Shown piece after piece: positions 1 to 9,099 of a stretch of 43,338 bases of DNA (positions are counted from its first letter, which is position 1; each line of letters starts with the position of its first letter). The notes below the pieces were generated by a model that worked only from the letters and a program-made list of their open reading frames with translations, searched no databases and had not been told where the DNA came from. This stretch comes from Kiritimatiellia bacterium (GTDB lineage Bacteria; Verrucomicrobiota; Kiritimatiellia; RFP12; UBA1067). The stretch covers positions 1 to 43,338 of the forward strand of contig JAGCJE010000006.1 of NCBI GenBank assembly GCA_017648225.1, read 5' to 3'. The translations under genes and the position numbers were made by a program.

Positions 1-327
1 GACCAAATCATACCGCGCATTCAGATGACTCGATCTGGGATTATTATTATAAGAGACTGGAAAGTCGCCTTTAAATTCAATTGAAACGCCATCCTTCTCC
101 AAAACACCGCCTCTGAAATAACGCTCCATCTCTCCAGTGAATTTATCATGAATCTTGTGATACGAAACTTCACCTTTCCAGGAAGAAACTTCAAACGTAG
201 GGCCATGGTATGGCTTTAGGTTAGAGGGCTGCTTATTTTCGCAACCGCACCCTTCGATCGCTTTGGGGCTGTTACATCCGACAACTGCAAGGACCGACAA
301 CAAAACGGCACTGATTTTTTTTATCAT
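1..327 (-). CDS. putative lipoprotein; only the N-terminal 109 aa are visible because the C-terminus runs off the window
   Basis: Absent from the supplied track because the frame is open at the window edge. My reverse-strand translation from the ATG at 325-327 gives MIKKISAVLLSVLAVVGCNSPKAIEGCGCENKQPSNLKPYHGPTFEVSSWKGEV... The hydrophobic signal peptide ends in a lipobox-like LAVVG/C. AAGGAG lies 7 nt upstream, and the ATG is 1 nt after the TAA of the upstream gene. No stop occurs down to position 1. Confidence 0.5.
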   Translation of the reverse strand, partial: MIKKISAVLLSVLAVVGCNSPKAIEGCGCENKQPSNLKPYHGPTFEVSSWKGEVSYHKIHDKFTGEMERYFRGGVLEKDGVSIEFKGDFPVSYNNNPRSSHLNARYDLV

Positions 328-328
328 T

Positions 329-1462
329 TTATTTCTCCTTTTTAACATTATTTATAGGATATCCGAATACAAAAGCTCCGGCAAGAGCTGTAAACGGCGC
401 AACAAGAACGAGCCCGAAGCTTCCGACGAGAGTCTTTACGACCTCTGCACTTACAAGCGTAGAATTGATGAAGTCGATCGGCCTTACGCCTTCAGAAGCG
501 TAAACCATCAAGAGCGTCAGATAACCGCCGGAATACGCCAAGAGCAACGTTGTTGTCATCGTTCCGACAACAGCCCGGCCGATGCGGCATCCCGAGAAAA
601 AGAGATCCTTAAAACCAACATCGGGATTATGACGACGGACTTCAGCCATACCGGCGGCTATATCCATCGCAAGATCCATCACGGCGCCAGACGAAGCGAG
701 TATCACAGATCCGATGAAAATATCACGAAGCGAAACGATATTGGCATTGGCATTGACAAGTTGCTGGGCAAATGGCATTGTAGCACCATCCACGTACATA
801 ACCTTAGAGAAAAACCACACCAAAACGAGCGAAACCGCAACACCCAACATTGAACCCGCAAACGCTGAAACACCAACGCGGCTTATCCCCGCTACAAGAA
901 AAACTATAACACCCGTCAGAACGGCTACGGTCAAAAATGAAACCAGCGACGCGCTCGCACCGTTCAAAACTGCGGGGATGAGAATTTTCCAAATTGCTAA
1001 ACAACTGAAAAAGAAAGTAAAAAGAGCGCGAAGTCCCGTCCATCCGCCGAAAATGCAAAGCAGAACGGCAAAAAGAACAAATAAAGCGACCGCCCAGCCA
1101 ATCCGCCAGTAATCTCTCGCAAAAAGAACAGTATTCTCGTTTATCGTCTTCGGCAATTCTACAACGATTTTATCGCCCAGTTGAAACATTTTATCAAGCT
1201 CCATCTGGGCGCGAAGTTCATTCTCAGCATCAAATTGCCTGCCATCGCAAAGTGCAACCTTCAGACGCTGAGTACCATATCTGACATTACCTAAATCCTC
1301 GACCGAAGAATCATCAACCGCTATCACTTTCGCCGTAGAAGTCGATGACACCGGCGCCGAGACGAGGACATCCGCACCAGGCTTGAGAATAAGATAAACG
1401 GTGACGGACGCTAAAACGATTCCGAGAAAAATTGACGTCAATATCGACTTCGATATCTTCAT
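329..1462 (-). CDS. YibE/F family multi-pass membrane protein
   Basis: 377-aa ORF with one N-terminal TM, a ~110-aa soluble segment, then about 8 hydrophobic helices. Blocks such as GSVILASSGAVMDLAMDIA and TMTTTLLLAYSGGYL match my recollection of the YibE/F family. The ATG is 3 nt after the upstream stop. Confidence 0.75.
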   Translation of the reverse strand: MKISKSILTSIFLGIVLASVTVYLILKPGADVLVSAPVSSTSTAKVIAVDDSSVEDLGNVRYGTQRLKVALCDGRQFDAENELRAQMELDKMFQLGDKIVVELPKTINENTVLFARDYWRIGWAVALFVLFAVLLCIFGGWTGLRALFTFFFSCLAIWKILIPAVLNGASASLVSFLTVAVLTGVIVFLVAGISRVGVSAFAGSMLGVAVSLVLVWFFSKVMYVDGATMPFAQQLVNANANIVSLRDIFIGSVILASSGAVMDLAMDIAAGMAEVRRHNPDVGFKDLFFSGCRIGRAVVGTMTTTLLLAYSGGYLTLLMVYASEGVRPIDFINSTLVSAEVVKTLVGSFGLVLVAPFTALAGAFVFGYPINNVKKEK

Positions 1463-1465
1463 CTC

Positions 1466-2902
1466 TTATTTTTCATAAAAAGATTTAAGAATTTTACCGA
1501 CTTCGGAATTCTCCATCTTTCCCTTAAAGCGCTCAGCGCAGCATCCTTCTGCTGAAATTATGACAGGCTGACCGGAGTGATGGGTATGCGCCCACGAAAC
1601 ACCGGCTCTTTTGGAAATAATCTTTAAAAGTCGAATACTGAGACGATGTTTAGATATCGTCAGATATTCGACCGCATCTTTTTTCTTTATGATATTGGCG
1701 AGAAGTTTAGCCAAATCCGCCTCGAAGTCCGCCTTCACTTTCGCGATTTCACTCTCGCTGAGAACCATCAAATCCTTCTTCGGATCACCCTCAAACTTCA
1801 ACCCGAATCTCGCTGTAATCATCGCCTTAGCGTCCTCAAAGTTAAACTTAGGATTCTTGAGAACAATCTGCCTCATTTTCTCGTCGAACTCTCTGGCGCT
1901 AATCGTTTGATTGGTGAGTATCGAAATATCGCAAGTCGACGTAACGCCTGCAATACCGGCCGTTAGCCCGCCGGTCTCATGGTCGCCAGTGGCAACAACC
2001 AGCGTCTCTTCAGGATGCTTTTTCATAAAATCAAGCGCCACTTTCACTGCATCGTCCAAAGCGATAATATCGCGGACCGTCGTCGCGGCATCGTTGGCGT
2101 GCGCCGACCAGTCGATACGTCCGCCTTCAACCATGATGAAAAAGCCTTCTGGGTTATCAATCATCGCGATGCACTTCTCAAGAAGCTCTGGAAGCGTAGG
2201 ATAAACTTCGGCTTCATCGTTCGTAATATCAATGTCGTAAGGATAAACAAGATCAGTAAATCGCGTTAAAACCTTACCGTCAGAAGGCTTAAGTGCGAGA
2301 AAATCCTTCTTTGTCGTGACGACGTTATAGCCCTTCTTTTTGGCGTATTCGTAAATATTGCCGTACTTTTTATAATCAGAATCTTTCTCATCGTCAAACT
2401 TTCTATCAAGGCCACCGCCCGCAAAGAAGTCAAAACCTGAATTCACCAAATCGGCAGCCACGGCGTAGTTCTTACCTCTTGAACGGCCGCGAACATAGAA
2501 CCCTCCGGGCGTAGCATGAGTTGTCGTAACAGTTGTGATAATACCCACCTTTTTGCCAGACGCCTTGGCAAGTGTTGCGCAAGAAGGAACGTAATTGCCG
2601 TCCGCATCACATCCAAGCATGCAGTTTTTAGCCTTTACTCCGCAAGCCAGAGCAGTCGAGGCAGCGGCGGAATCGGTAATAAGCTTATCGGCTGAAAGCG
2701 TCGTTGTAAGCCCCTTTACAGTAAGCTGATCCATCGCAAGCGGCCCACGCCCGATCTGACGCGAGAACTGATCTGTCATTACACGATGATTGGCGGCCAT
2801 GCCGTCTCCGATAAACATGAAAACGTATTTAGGTGACGCCGCGTAAAGTGCTAATGAAAACGCAAATACGGCAAAACATACCAACCACCTTGTTAATTTC
2901 AT
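1466..2902 (-). CDS. secreted alkaline phosphatase (PhoA-type)
   Basis: 478 aa with an N-terminal signal peptide (MKLTRWLVCFAVFAFSLALYAA). Metal-ligand and active-site blocks are FIGDGMA, TDSAAASTA (the D-S-A active-site serine motif), ATGDHETGG, DWSAHAND and WAHTHHSG. Confidence 0.85.
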   Translation of the reverse strand: MKLTRWLVCFAVFAFSLALYAASPKYVFMFIGDGMAANHRVMTDQFSRQIGRGPLAMDQLTVKGLTTTLSADKLITDSAAASTALACGVKAKNCMLGCDADGNYVPSCATLAKASGKKVGIITTVTTTHATPGGFYVRGRSRGKNYAVAADLVNSGFDFFAGGGLDRKFDDEKDSDYKKYGNIYEYAKKKGYNVVTTKKDFLALKPSDGKVLTRFTDLVYPYDIDITNDEAEVYPTLPELLEKCIAMIDNPEGFFIMVEGGRIDWSAHANDAATTVRDIIALDDAVKVALDFMKKHPEETLVVATGDHETGGLTAGIAGVTSTCDISILTNQTISAREFDEKMRQIVLKNPKFNFEDAKAMITARFGLKFEGDPKKDLMVLSESEIAKVKADFEADLAKLLANIIKKKDAVEYLTISKHRLSIRLLKIISKRAGVSWAHTHHSGQPVIISAEGCCAERFKGKMENSEVGKILKSFYEK

Positions 2903-2954
2903 TTTTACCTCTCTGTTTATGAAATAATGCTTCCTATCTGTGCAATTGGATATT

Positions 2955-2963
2955 ATTATATCA
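2955..2963 (-). promoter_or_regulatory. candidate extended -10 element (TGaTATAAT) in the AT-rich gap upstream of the phosphatase / YibE-F / lipoprotein unit
   Basis: The reverse strand reads ...aaaaaaataatTTGaTATAATaatatcc..., about 50 nt upstream of the ATG at 2902. A GAGAGG Shine-Dalgarno precedes the ATG. There is no good -35. Confidence 0.35.
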
Positions 2964-3035
2964 AATTATTTTTTTGAGATGCGGATTTATTTTTCCCAAT
3001 TTGATTCATACTGTAGTACTGTCTTGATCAATATC

Positions 3036-5102
3036 TTATTTCCTGCGGCCTGAAAGCGAATAATCCCACGGCTTGAAACCAAGCTTAAGCGCGGGAGAAT
3101 TCGGCTTTAGTCGCCAGTCTCCGTTTTTTGGATCGACAAAGCACGGATCACCGACCGTACCGATTACTGGACCGTTCAATTCCGTAACCCCGGTCGTGCA
3201 CCAGAAAAGATTGCTGTTCCATTTGACTTTTGCGAGCCCATCGCGAATTTTATTCCAGCTCGGAGCTCTGACGAAAATAGGTCCCGAAGGCCAATAAATG
3301 ATATTGCGAGCAAAAGTTATTTGATTATGCTTCTCAGCGCGCGAAACGCAAAGCTTACTCGTGCCGCCATTGATCATAACGCAGTTTACGACTTTGTTAT
3401 TACGTCCAAAGTGGAGATGATACGAATCGGCAGAAGTATTGACAACGAGATTATTCTCCCAATGAACCCCTTCTGAGCCTTCGTCATTATACATGCCCCA
3501 GCCGCCATAAGACCTCGACTTTACATCCATTATGACGTTGTTGGTCACGACCGTACCGAATGACGCGGCTAAAGTATATACGCCGCCCATATCAGACATT
3601 CTGCCCTGACCGATATTCTTGATGAGATTGAAGGAAATTTCATTGCGCTGACCGTACGAGCCCCAATAGCCCCATGTCCAGCCGACAGAAATACCCGTAT
3701 AGTAGATATCGGTTATTTCATTATGCGTAACCTTCGTTTCGGCGGCGTGGGTCAAAACGATTCCGCAGCCCTCGGGATTGACGCGGCCGCAATGCGTGAT
3801 AAGGTTATTGTCGACGACGTTGAACCGCACCGCCCCAAAAGAAGTGTCAACGATCGACTTCGTCGGAAACGGGTGATTCCACGGCTCTCTCAAGTTGCGC
3901 CATTTTTCGTTGGCCATCTTAAGAATATTCGGCCGATTGTTGCCGACCCAGATTCCGCCCGCGCCGGCGTCGTAAATCTCGCAGGAGCTAATAACATTCG
4001 AAACGCATCCGTCATCCAACTTAAACGCATAGTTCTCAGTGTTGAAAACGCGGCAACGCTCAAACTTAACGCGATGAGCGCCAAGCGCGTAGACGGCAGC
4101 TCCGGCAGAACGCGCCGCCTGAAGCTGATATTGCCTTATTGCTCCATTTTTAGTCACCTCGCCATCCGTACGAGAAGCTGTAAAGGCAATATTCTCAAAT
4201 GAAATGTCGTGAACAAACTCGCCCTTGTCAACATCGCCTTTCAATTCGACGATAGAAACAAGACGGGACGTCGGGGCTATCGCCTCAAACGATTCAAGAG
4301 TTTCTCCTTTGAGCGGGCGATACTTGACGCGTCCAGCCTTTACATCGTAAAACCACTGACCTGGCTTTGTAAAACCCACCGCCACATTCTCGAAAAAGAG
4401 GTAGTTGTGCTTATCCTCATTCCACCTCTTCCAAGATGCGATCGGAACATTACCGCAAACCGCGATCATGCCGTTAGAAGAAGCGTATGACTCTACGGGA
4501 TATGCGCCGTACGACCACTTTACGAAAATCCGGCACTGTACAGCGTCAAGTTCCTCACGCGAGAGGTCCGCCAGAAACTTAGGCTGAGGACCTTTTACAG
4601 TGAACTCCTCGACGCAATTGGTGAGCGCACCTTTTACTTCTATGCGCTCCGTCCATTTAGCGAACTTAAGATCGCCCTTTTCCGGGAATCGCGAACGATC
4701 GGCGCGGCGGCCGTTGACATAAAGAGACTCGAAAAATATCTTCTTGCCATTCGCGTCCACAGGAATGGGCGCCGACCATACTCCATCACCGTCATCACGC
4801 CAATTTTCTATCTTACCGCCGCCCGAAAACGTCGCACCTTCTTCGCCAATCCACTTAACGGGAGATTCGGGAGAACCAGAATCCGCGGGAGTGAAAACAA
4901 GCGGCTTCTTCAAATTATATACGCCATTCTTCACATGAACGGTCCATGCCGACTTATCGCCTTTAAGTTTAGCAACCCTGATATTCTCAACGGCCTGAGC
5001 AGGCGAAAGTCCGTCGACAGACACGGTGAGCTCGCGCACGGCTCCGGACACGGCTGATACCGCAAGAGTCGTCAATACGCTCAATACAATATTCCTTTTC
5101 AT
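3036..5102 (-). CDS. secreted right-handed parallel beta-helix repeat protein (pectate-lyase fold; probably polysaccharide-active)
   Basis: 688 aa with a signal peptide (MKRNIVLSVLTTLAVSAVSGA). The central region has recurring ~22-25 aa turns with N/G/I/V patterns (NNVIMD, NNLVVN, NKVVNCVMING, VVDNNLITH) typical of beta-helix repeats. No specific catalytic family is assignable by eye. Confidence 0.65.
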   Translation of the reverse strand: MKRNIVLSVLTTLAVSAVSGAVRELTVSVDGLSPAQAVENIRVAKLKGDKSAWTVHVKNGVYNLKKPLVFTPADSGSPESPVKWIGEEGATFSGGGKIENWRDDGDGVWSAPIPVDANGKKIFFESLYVNGRRADRSRFPEKGDLKFAKWTERIEVKGALTNCVEEFTVKGPQPKFLADLSREELDAVQCRIFVKWSYGAYPVESYASSNGMIAVCGNVPIASWKRWNEDKHNYLFFENVAVGFTKPGQWFYDVKAGRVKYRPLKGETLESFEAIAPTSRLVSIVELKGDVDKGEFVHDISFENIAFTASRTDGEVTKNGAIRQYQLQAARSAGAAVYALGAHRVKFERCRVFNTENYAFKLDDGCVSNVISSCEIYDAGAGGIWVGNNRPNILKMANEKWRNLREPWNHPFPTKSIVDTSFGAVRFNVVDNNLITHCGRVNPEGCGIVLTHAAETKVTHNEITDIYYTGISVGWTWGYWGSYGQRNEISFNLIKNIGQGRMSDMGGVYTLAASFGTVVTNNVIMDVKSRSYGGWGMYNDEGSEGVHWENNLVVNTSADSYHLHFGRNNKVVNCVMINGGTSKLCVSRAEKHNQITFARNIIYWPSGPIFVRAPSWNKIRDGLAKVKWNSNLFWCTTGVTELNGPVIGTVGDPCFVDPKNGDWRLKPNSPALKLGFKPWDYSLSGRRK

Positions 5103-5135
5103 TTCAATATTCCTTTCTATATCGAATATTTCGAT

Positions 5136-6083
5136 TTATTTGAAAAATTCGGCTATCGTTGTCTCGATCTCACGAAGAGTGCGGATGGTATTGAGTTTCG
5201 CCCGAAGCTTAGCCGCGCCCGGCAAGGCGTTAAAATACCGGAACAAATGCGTATGCATCTTAACCGATGCGAACGCGTCGGCAGACCGGATATGATCGCC
5301 GGGAAACTTTTTCAGCAGAAGTGCGCGGAATTCAAGAATATATTTCAGATGCGAGCGCACCGCATCATATCTGGACCAAGGATTTTCACGTCCTTTCAAA
5401 ACGGCGAAAATCCCCGGATCGGAAAGCGCGCCCCGCCCGATCATAACCGACTTCACTCCTGTCGCTACCATCGCATCGAGATCCTTCGACGTTCTGATGC
5501 TCCCGTTTCCCGTCACCGGCAGCGGCGAGCGGGCGACAACCTCGGAAAGAAGTTCGAGATCAAGCGCCCCTCCATGCATCTGACTCGTAAAACGGGCATG
5601 CACCGCAACTCCTTTCGCGCCAGCTTTGGCGGCAGCATCGAGAAGCTCGAAAATTTTCACATCCCCCGGGTGAGGCCCGAGACGCGTTTTAAGCGTAACG
5701 GGAAGCGAGGTATTCTCGCGCATAGCCTTTAAAAGCCTGAAAACCTTTTCCGGATCCTCTATGAGTTTCGCTCCGGCCCCCGATCGCGTGATGCGCGTCA
5801 TGGGGCAGCCCGCATTGAGATTAAGCTCGACGAATCTATCCTTTACCTTCTCGATCTCCTGAGCCGCTATGGCGACGTCGCTCTCTGTCGCTCCGAAAAT
5901 CTGACAGGCGACAGGCCCCTCGCCGTCCATCGTCTCCATCAGATGGCGCGTCGGCGAATTGCCGTGAGCGAGCGCGGCGGCCGAAACCATTTCGGTGTAA
6001 GCTAAATCCGCTCCGCCTTCGAAGCACATTCTTCTGAAAGGAGCATCGGTAAAATCGGCGAGCGGAGCAAGAAAAAATCTCAT
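5136..6083 (-). CDS. tRNA-dihydrouridine synthase (Dus family)
   Basis: 315 aa. Motifs are LAPLADFTDAPFRRMC, ELNLNAGCP (catalytic Cys block), VTLKTRLG and VAVHARF. The start shares an ATGA overlap with the upstream gene. Confidence 0.85.
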   Translation of the reverse strand: MRFFLAPLADFTDAPFRRMCFEGGADLAYTEMVSAAALAHGNSPTRHLMETMDGEGPVACQIFGATESDVAIAAQEIEKVKDRFVELNLNAGCPMTRITRSGAGAKLIEDPEKVFRLLKAMRENTSLPVTLKTRLGPHPGDVKIFELLDAAAKAGAKGVAVHARFTSQMHGGALDLELLSEVVARSPLPVTGNGSIRTSKDLDAMVATGVKSVMIGRGALSDPGIFAVLKGRENPWSRYDAVRSHLKYILEFRALLLKKFPGDHIRSADAFASVKMHTHLFRYFNALPGAAKLRAKLNTIRTLREIETTIAEFFK

Positions 6084-7651
6084 TTTTTACTCTCGGCTGG
6101 ATTGCCGGCCCCCAGCAGTACAGGATCGCAATAAGGCGAGGCGGGATCTAAAACCGCAAACGAAACGAAAGCCGGAGCGCCCCAGACCGAAGTCTTGCTC
6201 TTGCCGAAAACGGCTACATCTATGCGGCTTGATCCGGTCATCAACGACTTGTTGAGCGTAACTTTCGCCACATCATGGGCAAGAAGTTCAACCTTTACCG
6301 CGCTATGAGGGCCCTTCACAACGGAGAACGCAAACTCGGAAACATTCTCCCCTTTGACGCCGATGATAAACGTACGGGTCGTTTCTGGCTTTCGCAGAAC
6401 AAATGCCCAGGCGCAGGGACTAACATACGAAAGTTCCGGCAGACCCTCCGGCTTTTCTCCGGGTTTTGTCTCTCCGATCGCGATTCCGTTAATCGTAACG
6501 ACCGGAGGAATCGACTCGGCAGTCAGCGAAGAGGCCGCAGCCTTTAATTTAGCCATGTCAAGTCCGTTTGCGGGGAACGCCGTGGGATGCGCCTTGGAAG
6601 TCAGATAATCATCGTCATTCTTTACGCCTTTAAGCGATTTGCGGATTATCGTCTGGACGGTCGGTGCTAGATGACCGCGCGCGACGATTTCTTTTTTTAC
6701 TTCCGGCTTGAGCGAACGGCTGACTTCGAGAGCCGCCTTCAAATAATGCTGATCCGACCAGCTGCGTCCCTCCGTCGCAATCCAATACGGAGTCTGAGAG
6801 GCAAAAACATCGCCGTACTTACCTAATGGCGGGCAGTCGTTCACGACGGGGAACACCCATATCTGATTTGAAAGATAAAAATGACTCATCGCCTTAAGAC
6901 GAAACGCCTGACTCGTCACCAGCGCACGCGGTAAGCTTCTCCACAACGGTCCGGATACGAGAGCTCGGCTGCAGTTTCCGAACACGGGATACGGGAACGA
7001 CGTATTGGGAAAATCAAGATCAAGGTTCTTCGCACGCGCCTCGGCGCACATTCTTACAGCCGTAAGACCGGGAAACTCCTTTATCGGGAGCGACGAATGA
7101 CCGCGATCGCGATTCATATAAAGATCGCCTCTGTTGCCTCCGCCCTTACCCGCATCAAGCTCTATTTTCGCGATAAAGCACGCCTTGTCGAAATCCCAGA
7201 GGAGATTGCGTTCCCCTATAATAACGGAGTTGGGAGAGGACTCCTTCGCGTTGACCGCCGAGAGAGGCCCGGTAGTTACGGGGACATCGCGCAGCTTATC
7301 AGCCAAATCGAGCAAATCGTGAAATTCCTTCATGTCCGACATCGGCTTGAAATCGGCGTCGTTGGATATCGCACGTGAATCGCGATAGCCGCAGCGCACC
7401 GCCTTTTCAAGCGATTTCAGAGCGCTGTCGAACTTGCCGCCTTTGGCGTACGCGCAGGCAAGATTGTAATTCCAGACGGGATCTTCGGGAAAAACTTCAA
7501 CCGCCTTCATACACGCCATACGCATTCCCAACGCGTCCGACGAGCGGATGGATTGAAGCATCTGCGCCTTGTACGCCTCATGCTGCGGTTGAAGCGTAGG
7601 GTAATCGAAAACCGATACAGCCGCCAGCAGTGCGCAGCAAAACGAGGTCAT
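6080..7651 (-). CDS. hypothetical exported or membrane-anchored protein: N-terminal TPR-like segment plus an unknown ~400-aa domain
   Basis: I prefer the ATG at 7651 (MTSFCCALLAAVSVF...), which forms an ATGA overlap with the upstream stop, over the track start at 7669. It has a hydrophobic N-terminus and a TPR-like stretch (YNLACAYAKGGKFDSALKSLEKAVRCGYRD). I recognise no family in the rest. Confidence 0.6.
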   Translation of the reverse strand: MTSFCCALLAAVSVFDYPTLQPQHEAYKAQMLQSIRSSDALGMRMACMKAVEVFPEDPVWNYNLACAYAKGGKFDSALKSLEKAVRCGYRDSRAISNDADFKPMSDMKEFHDLLDLADKLRDVPVTTGPLSAVNAKESSPNSVIIGERNLLWDFDKACFIAKIELDAGKGGGNRGDLYMNRDRGHSSLPIKEFPGLTAVRMCAEARAKNLDLDFPNTSFPYPVFGNCSRALVSGPLWRSLPRALVTSQAFRLKAMSHFYLSNQIWVFPVVNDCPPLGKYGDVFASQTPYWIATEGRSWSDQHYLKAALEVSRSLKPEVKKEIVARGHLAPTVQTIIRKSLKGVKNDDDYLTSKAHPTAFPANGLDMAKLKAAASSLTAESIPPVVTINGIAIGETKPGEKPEGLPELSYVSPCAWAFVLRKPETTRTFIIGVKGENVSEFAFSVVKGPHSAVKVELLAHDVAKVTLNKSLMTGSSRIDVAVFGKSKTSVWGAPAFVSFAVLDPASPYCDPVLLGAGNPAESKK

Positions 7652-9099
7652 AAGCCGAACCTCATCCATTTAGGAAGTTTAACCAGCTTCGCTTCGCGGC
7701 TCTGATTTGTCGACATGGATTGACTCGTTCCGATCGAAGGCGATTCAAGCTCCCTGACACGCGCCGAAAGCGTCTGCTGATAAACGGCCTGCTGCTGACG
7801 CAGGGCTTCCGAACGCTGACGCTCCAGAAGGAGATCTTTCTCGCGAAGCTGAAGTTTCTCGCGAAGTTCCTGAACCTGCGCCAGAAGCTGTGTAACGTCC
7901 TTCTGGCTTTCCGTTCTTCTGGCGTTTTCCGTCTCGCGAAGGCGGAGTCGAGCGGTGAGATCGGCGATTTTCGCTTCAGCCTCGCGGCTCTTTTTAGCAT
8001 CGAGAGCACGAAGCTCGTCAAGTTCCCTCCTGAGCTGTGCCGTACGAGGATCCTCAGGACGGTTAACGAGCGCCTTGCGCGTCATTTCCTGAATATTCGC
8101 TCCCGCCTTGCGCAGAAGTTCGCGACGTCTCTGCAGAAGATTGTCGGTACGCTCTTCATGACGGCGGCGAAACGCCTCGGCCTCAGCCTTTTCAATTTCG
8201 ATGAGCTTGCCGATTTCCTCCACCTCGCCGGTCATCAGAGAATAAACGGCGGCCTGGATATTTGCGATTTCGCCGGCGGATTCGGGGAGCCTGCGAAGTT
8301 CCGTCTCAAGCGCGAGAACCTGTTCACGCAGTTTGGACTCCCTTGCCGATGACTCTTTCGCCGCCGTCATAAGCTTTTCCTGCATCACGGCCTCGCGATC
8401 GGCGTTACTCCTGGCGGCTTCATCCATACGTGCCTGGAGACTGGCGGTATGACGGCGCTCCTCTTCGATAATCGACTCAAGTTCTTTAATTCTAGTATCG
8501 TCTACGACAACTTTCTCAACTATCTTCTCAACAATCTTTTCGACTTCGACAGGAACCTCGACACGCTTTTCGATAATCTTCTCTACCTCGACAGGCACTT
8601 CCTTCTCAACTATCTTCTCGATGATTTTCTCTACAGGAACTTCCTTGAGAACTATCTTCTCGACCGGCACCTCTACGACCTTTTCAACCTCAACTATTTT
8701 CTCGACGATTTTTTCGACAACCTTAGCATCGCCGCTCCCTGCGTCATTGCTGAGACTAGACTCCAATTTTACCGGCTCTTCAGACGAGACGGCTGAATCA
8801 GCATCGAAAGGAGCTCTCGTTTCAACCACCGTTGCGGTCGGGGGGAGACGACCCGAGGAAAGAAGAGCCTCCGCAGCCGCCCTATTGAACGGTCCGCGAG
8901 GATTGCCGTCACCGAGATCGATCGAAAAGCGCATATCAAGAAACGGCACATCCTCGACGCGCTTCCAGATATCATTATCGTCGGAAATCTCCTGTCCAGG
9001 CTGAATACGGCCCATCTTCGCCCATTCGATAAGTTTCTCTTCGCTCTCCGGGCCGAAAGTTTCGTCTTGAGTTCTCAAATACCACTTTATGTCGCTCAT
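7648..9099 (-). CDS. GYF_2-domain protein with a V/E/K repeat tract and a long C-terminal coiled coil
   Basis: 483 aa. The N-terminus (KWYLRTQDETFGPESEEKLIEWAKMGRIQPGQEISDDNDIWKRVEDVPFL) fits the bacterial GYF_2 (DUF4339-type) pattern. A second, degenerate copy follows, then VEKIVEK-type repeats at aa 126-199, then ~250 aa of charged heptad-like sequence. There is no signal peptide. AAGGAGG lies 5 nt upstream, and the start shares an ATGA overlap with the upstream paralogue. Confidence 0.75.
   Translation of the reverse strand: MSDIKWYLRTQDETFGPESEEKLIEWAKMGRIQPGQEISDDNDIWKRVEDVPFLDMRFSIDLGDGNPRGPFNRAAAEALLSSGRLPPTATVVETRAPFDADSAVSSEEPVKLESSLSNDAGSGDAKVVEKIVEKIVEVEKVVEVPVEKIVLKEVPVEKIIEKIVEKEVPVEVEKIIEKRVEVPVEVEKIVEKIVEKVVVDDTRIKELESIIEEERRHTASLQARMDEAARSNADREAVMQEKLMTAAKESSARESKLREQVLALETELRRLPESAGEIANIQAAVYSLMTGEVEEIGKLIEIEKAEAEAFRRRHEERTDNLLQRRRELLRKAGANIQEMTRKALVNRPEDPRTAQLRRELDELRALDAKKSREAEAKIADLTARLRLRETENARRTESQKDVTQLLAQVQELREKLQLREKDLLLERQRSEALRQQQAVYQQTLSARVRELESPSIGTSQSMSTNQSREAKLVKLPKWMRFGL
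8503..8724 (-). repeat. degenerate in-frame V/E/K repeat tract (VEKIVE / VPVEK units)
   Basis: Protein aa 126-199 read KVVEKIVEKIVEVEKVVEVPVEKIVLKEVPVEKIIEKIVEKEVPVEVEKIIEKRVEVPVEVEKIVEKIVEKVVV. The DNA shares the cttctcgac / aacttccttctc words with the array at 9303-9746. Confidence 0.6.

Noticed and set aside
1-5135. Calling the low-GC left block a genomic island or mobile element
   Set aside because: There is no integrase, transposase, tRNA attachment site or flanking direct repeat in view, and one boundary is off-window. I report it only as a compositional observation.
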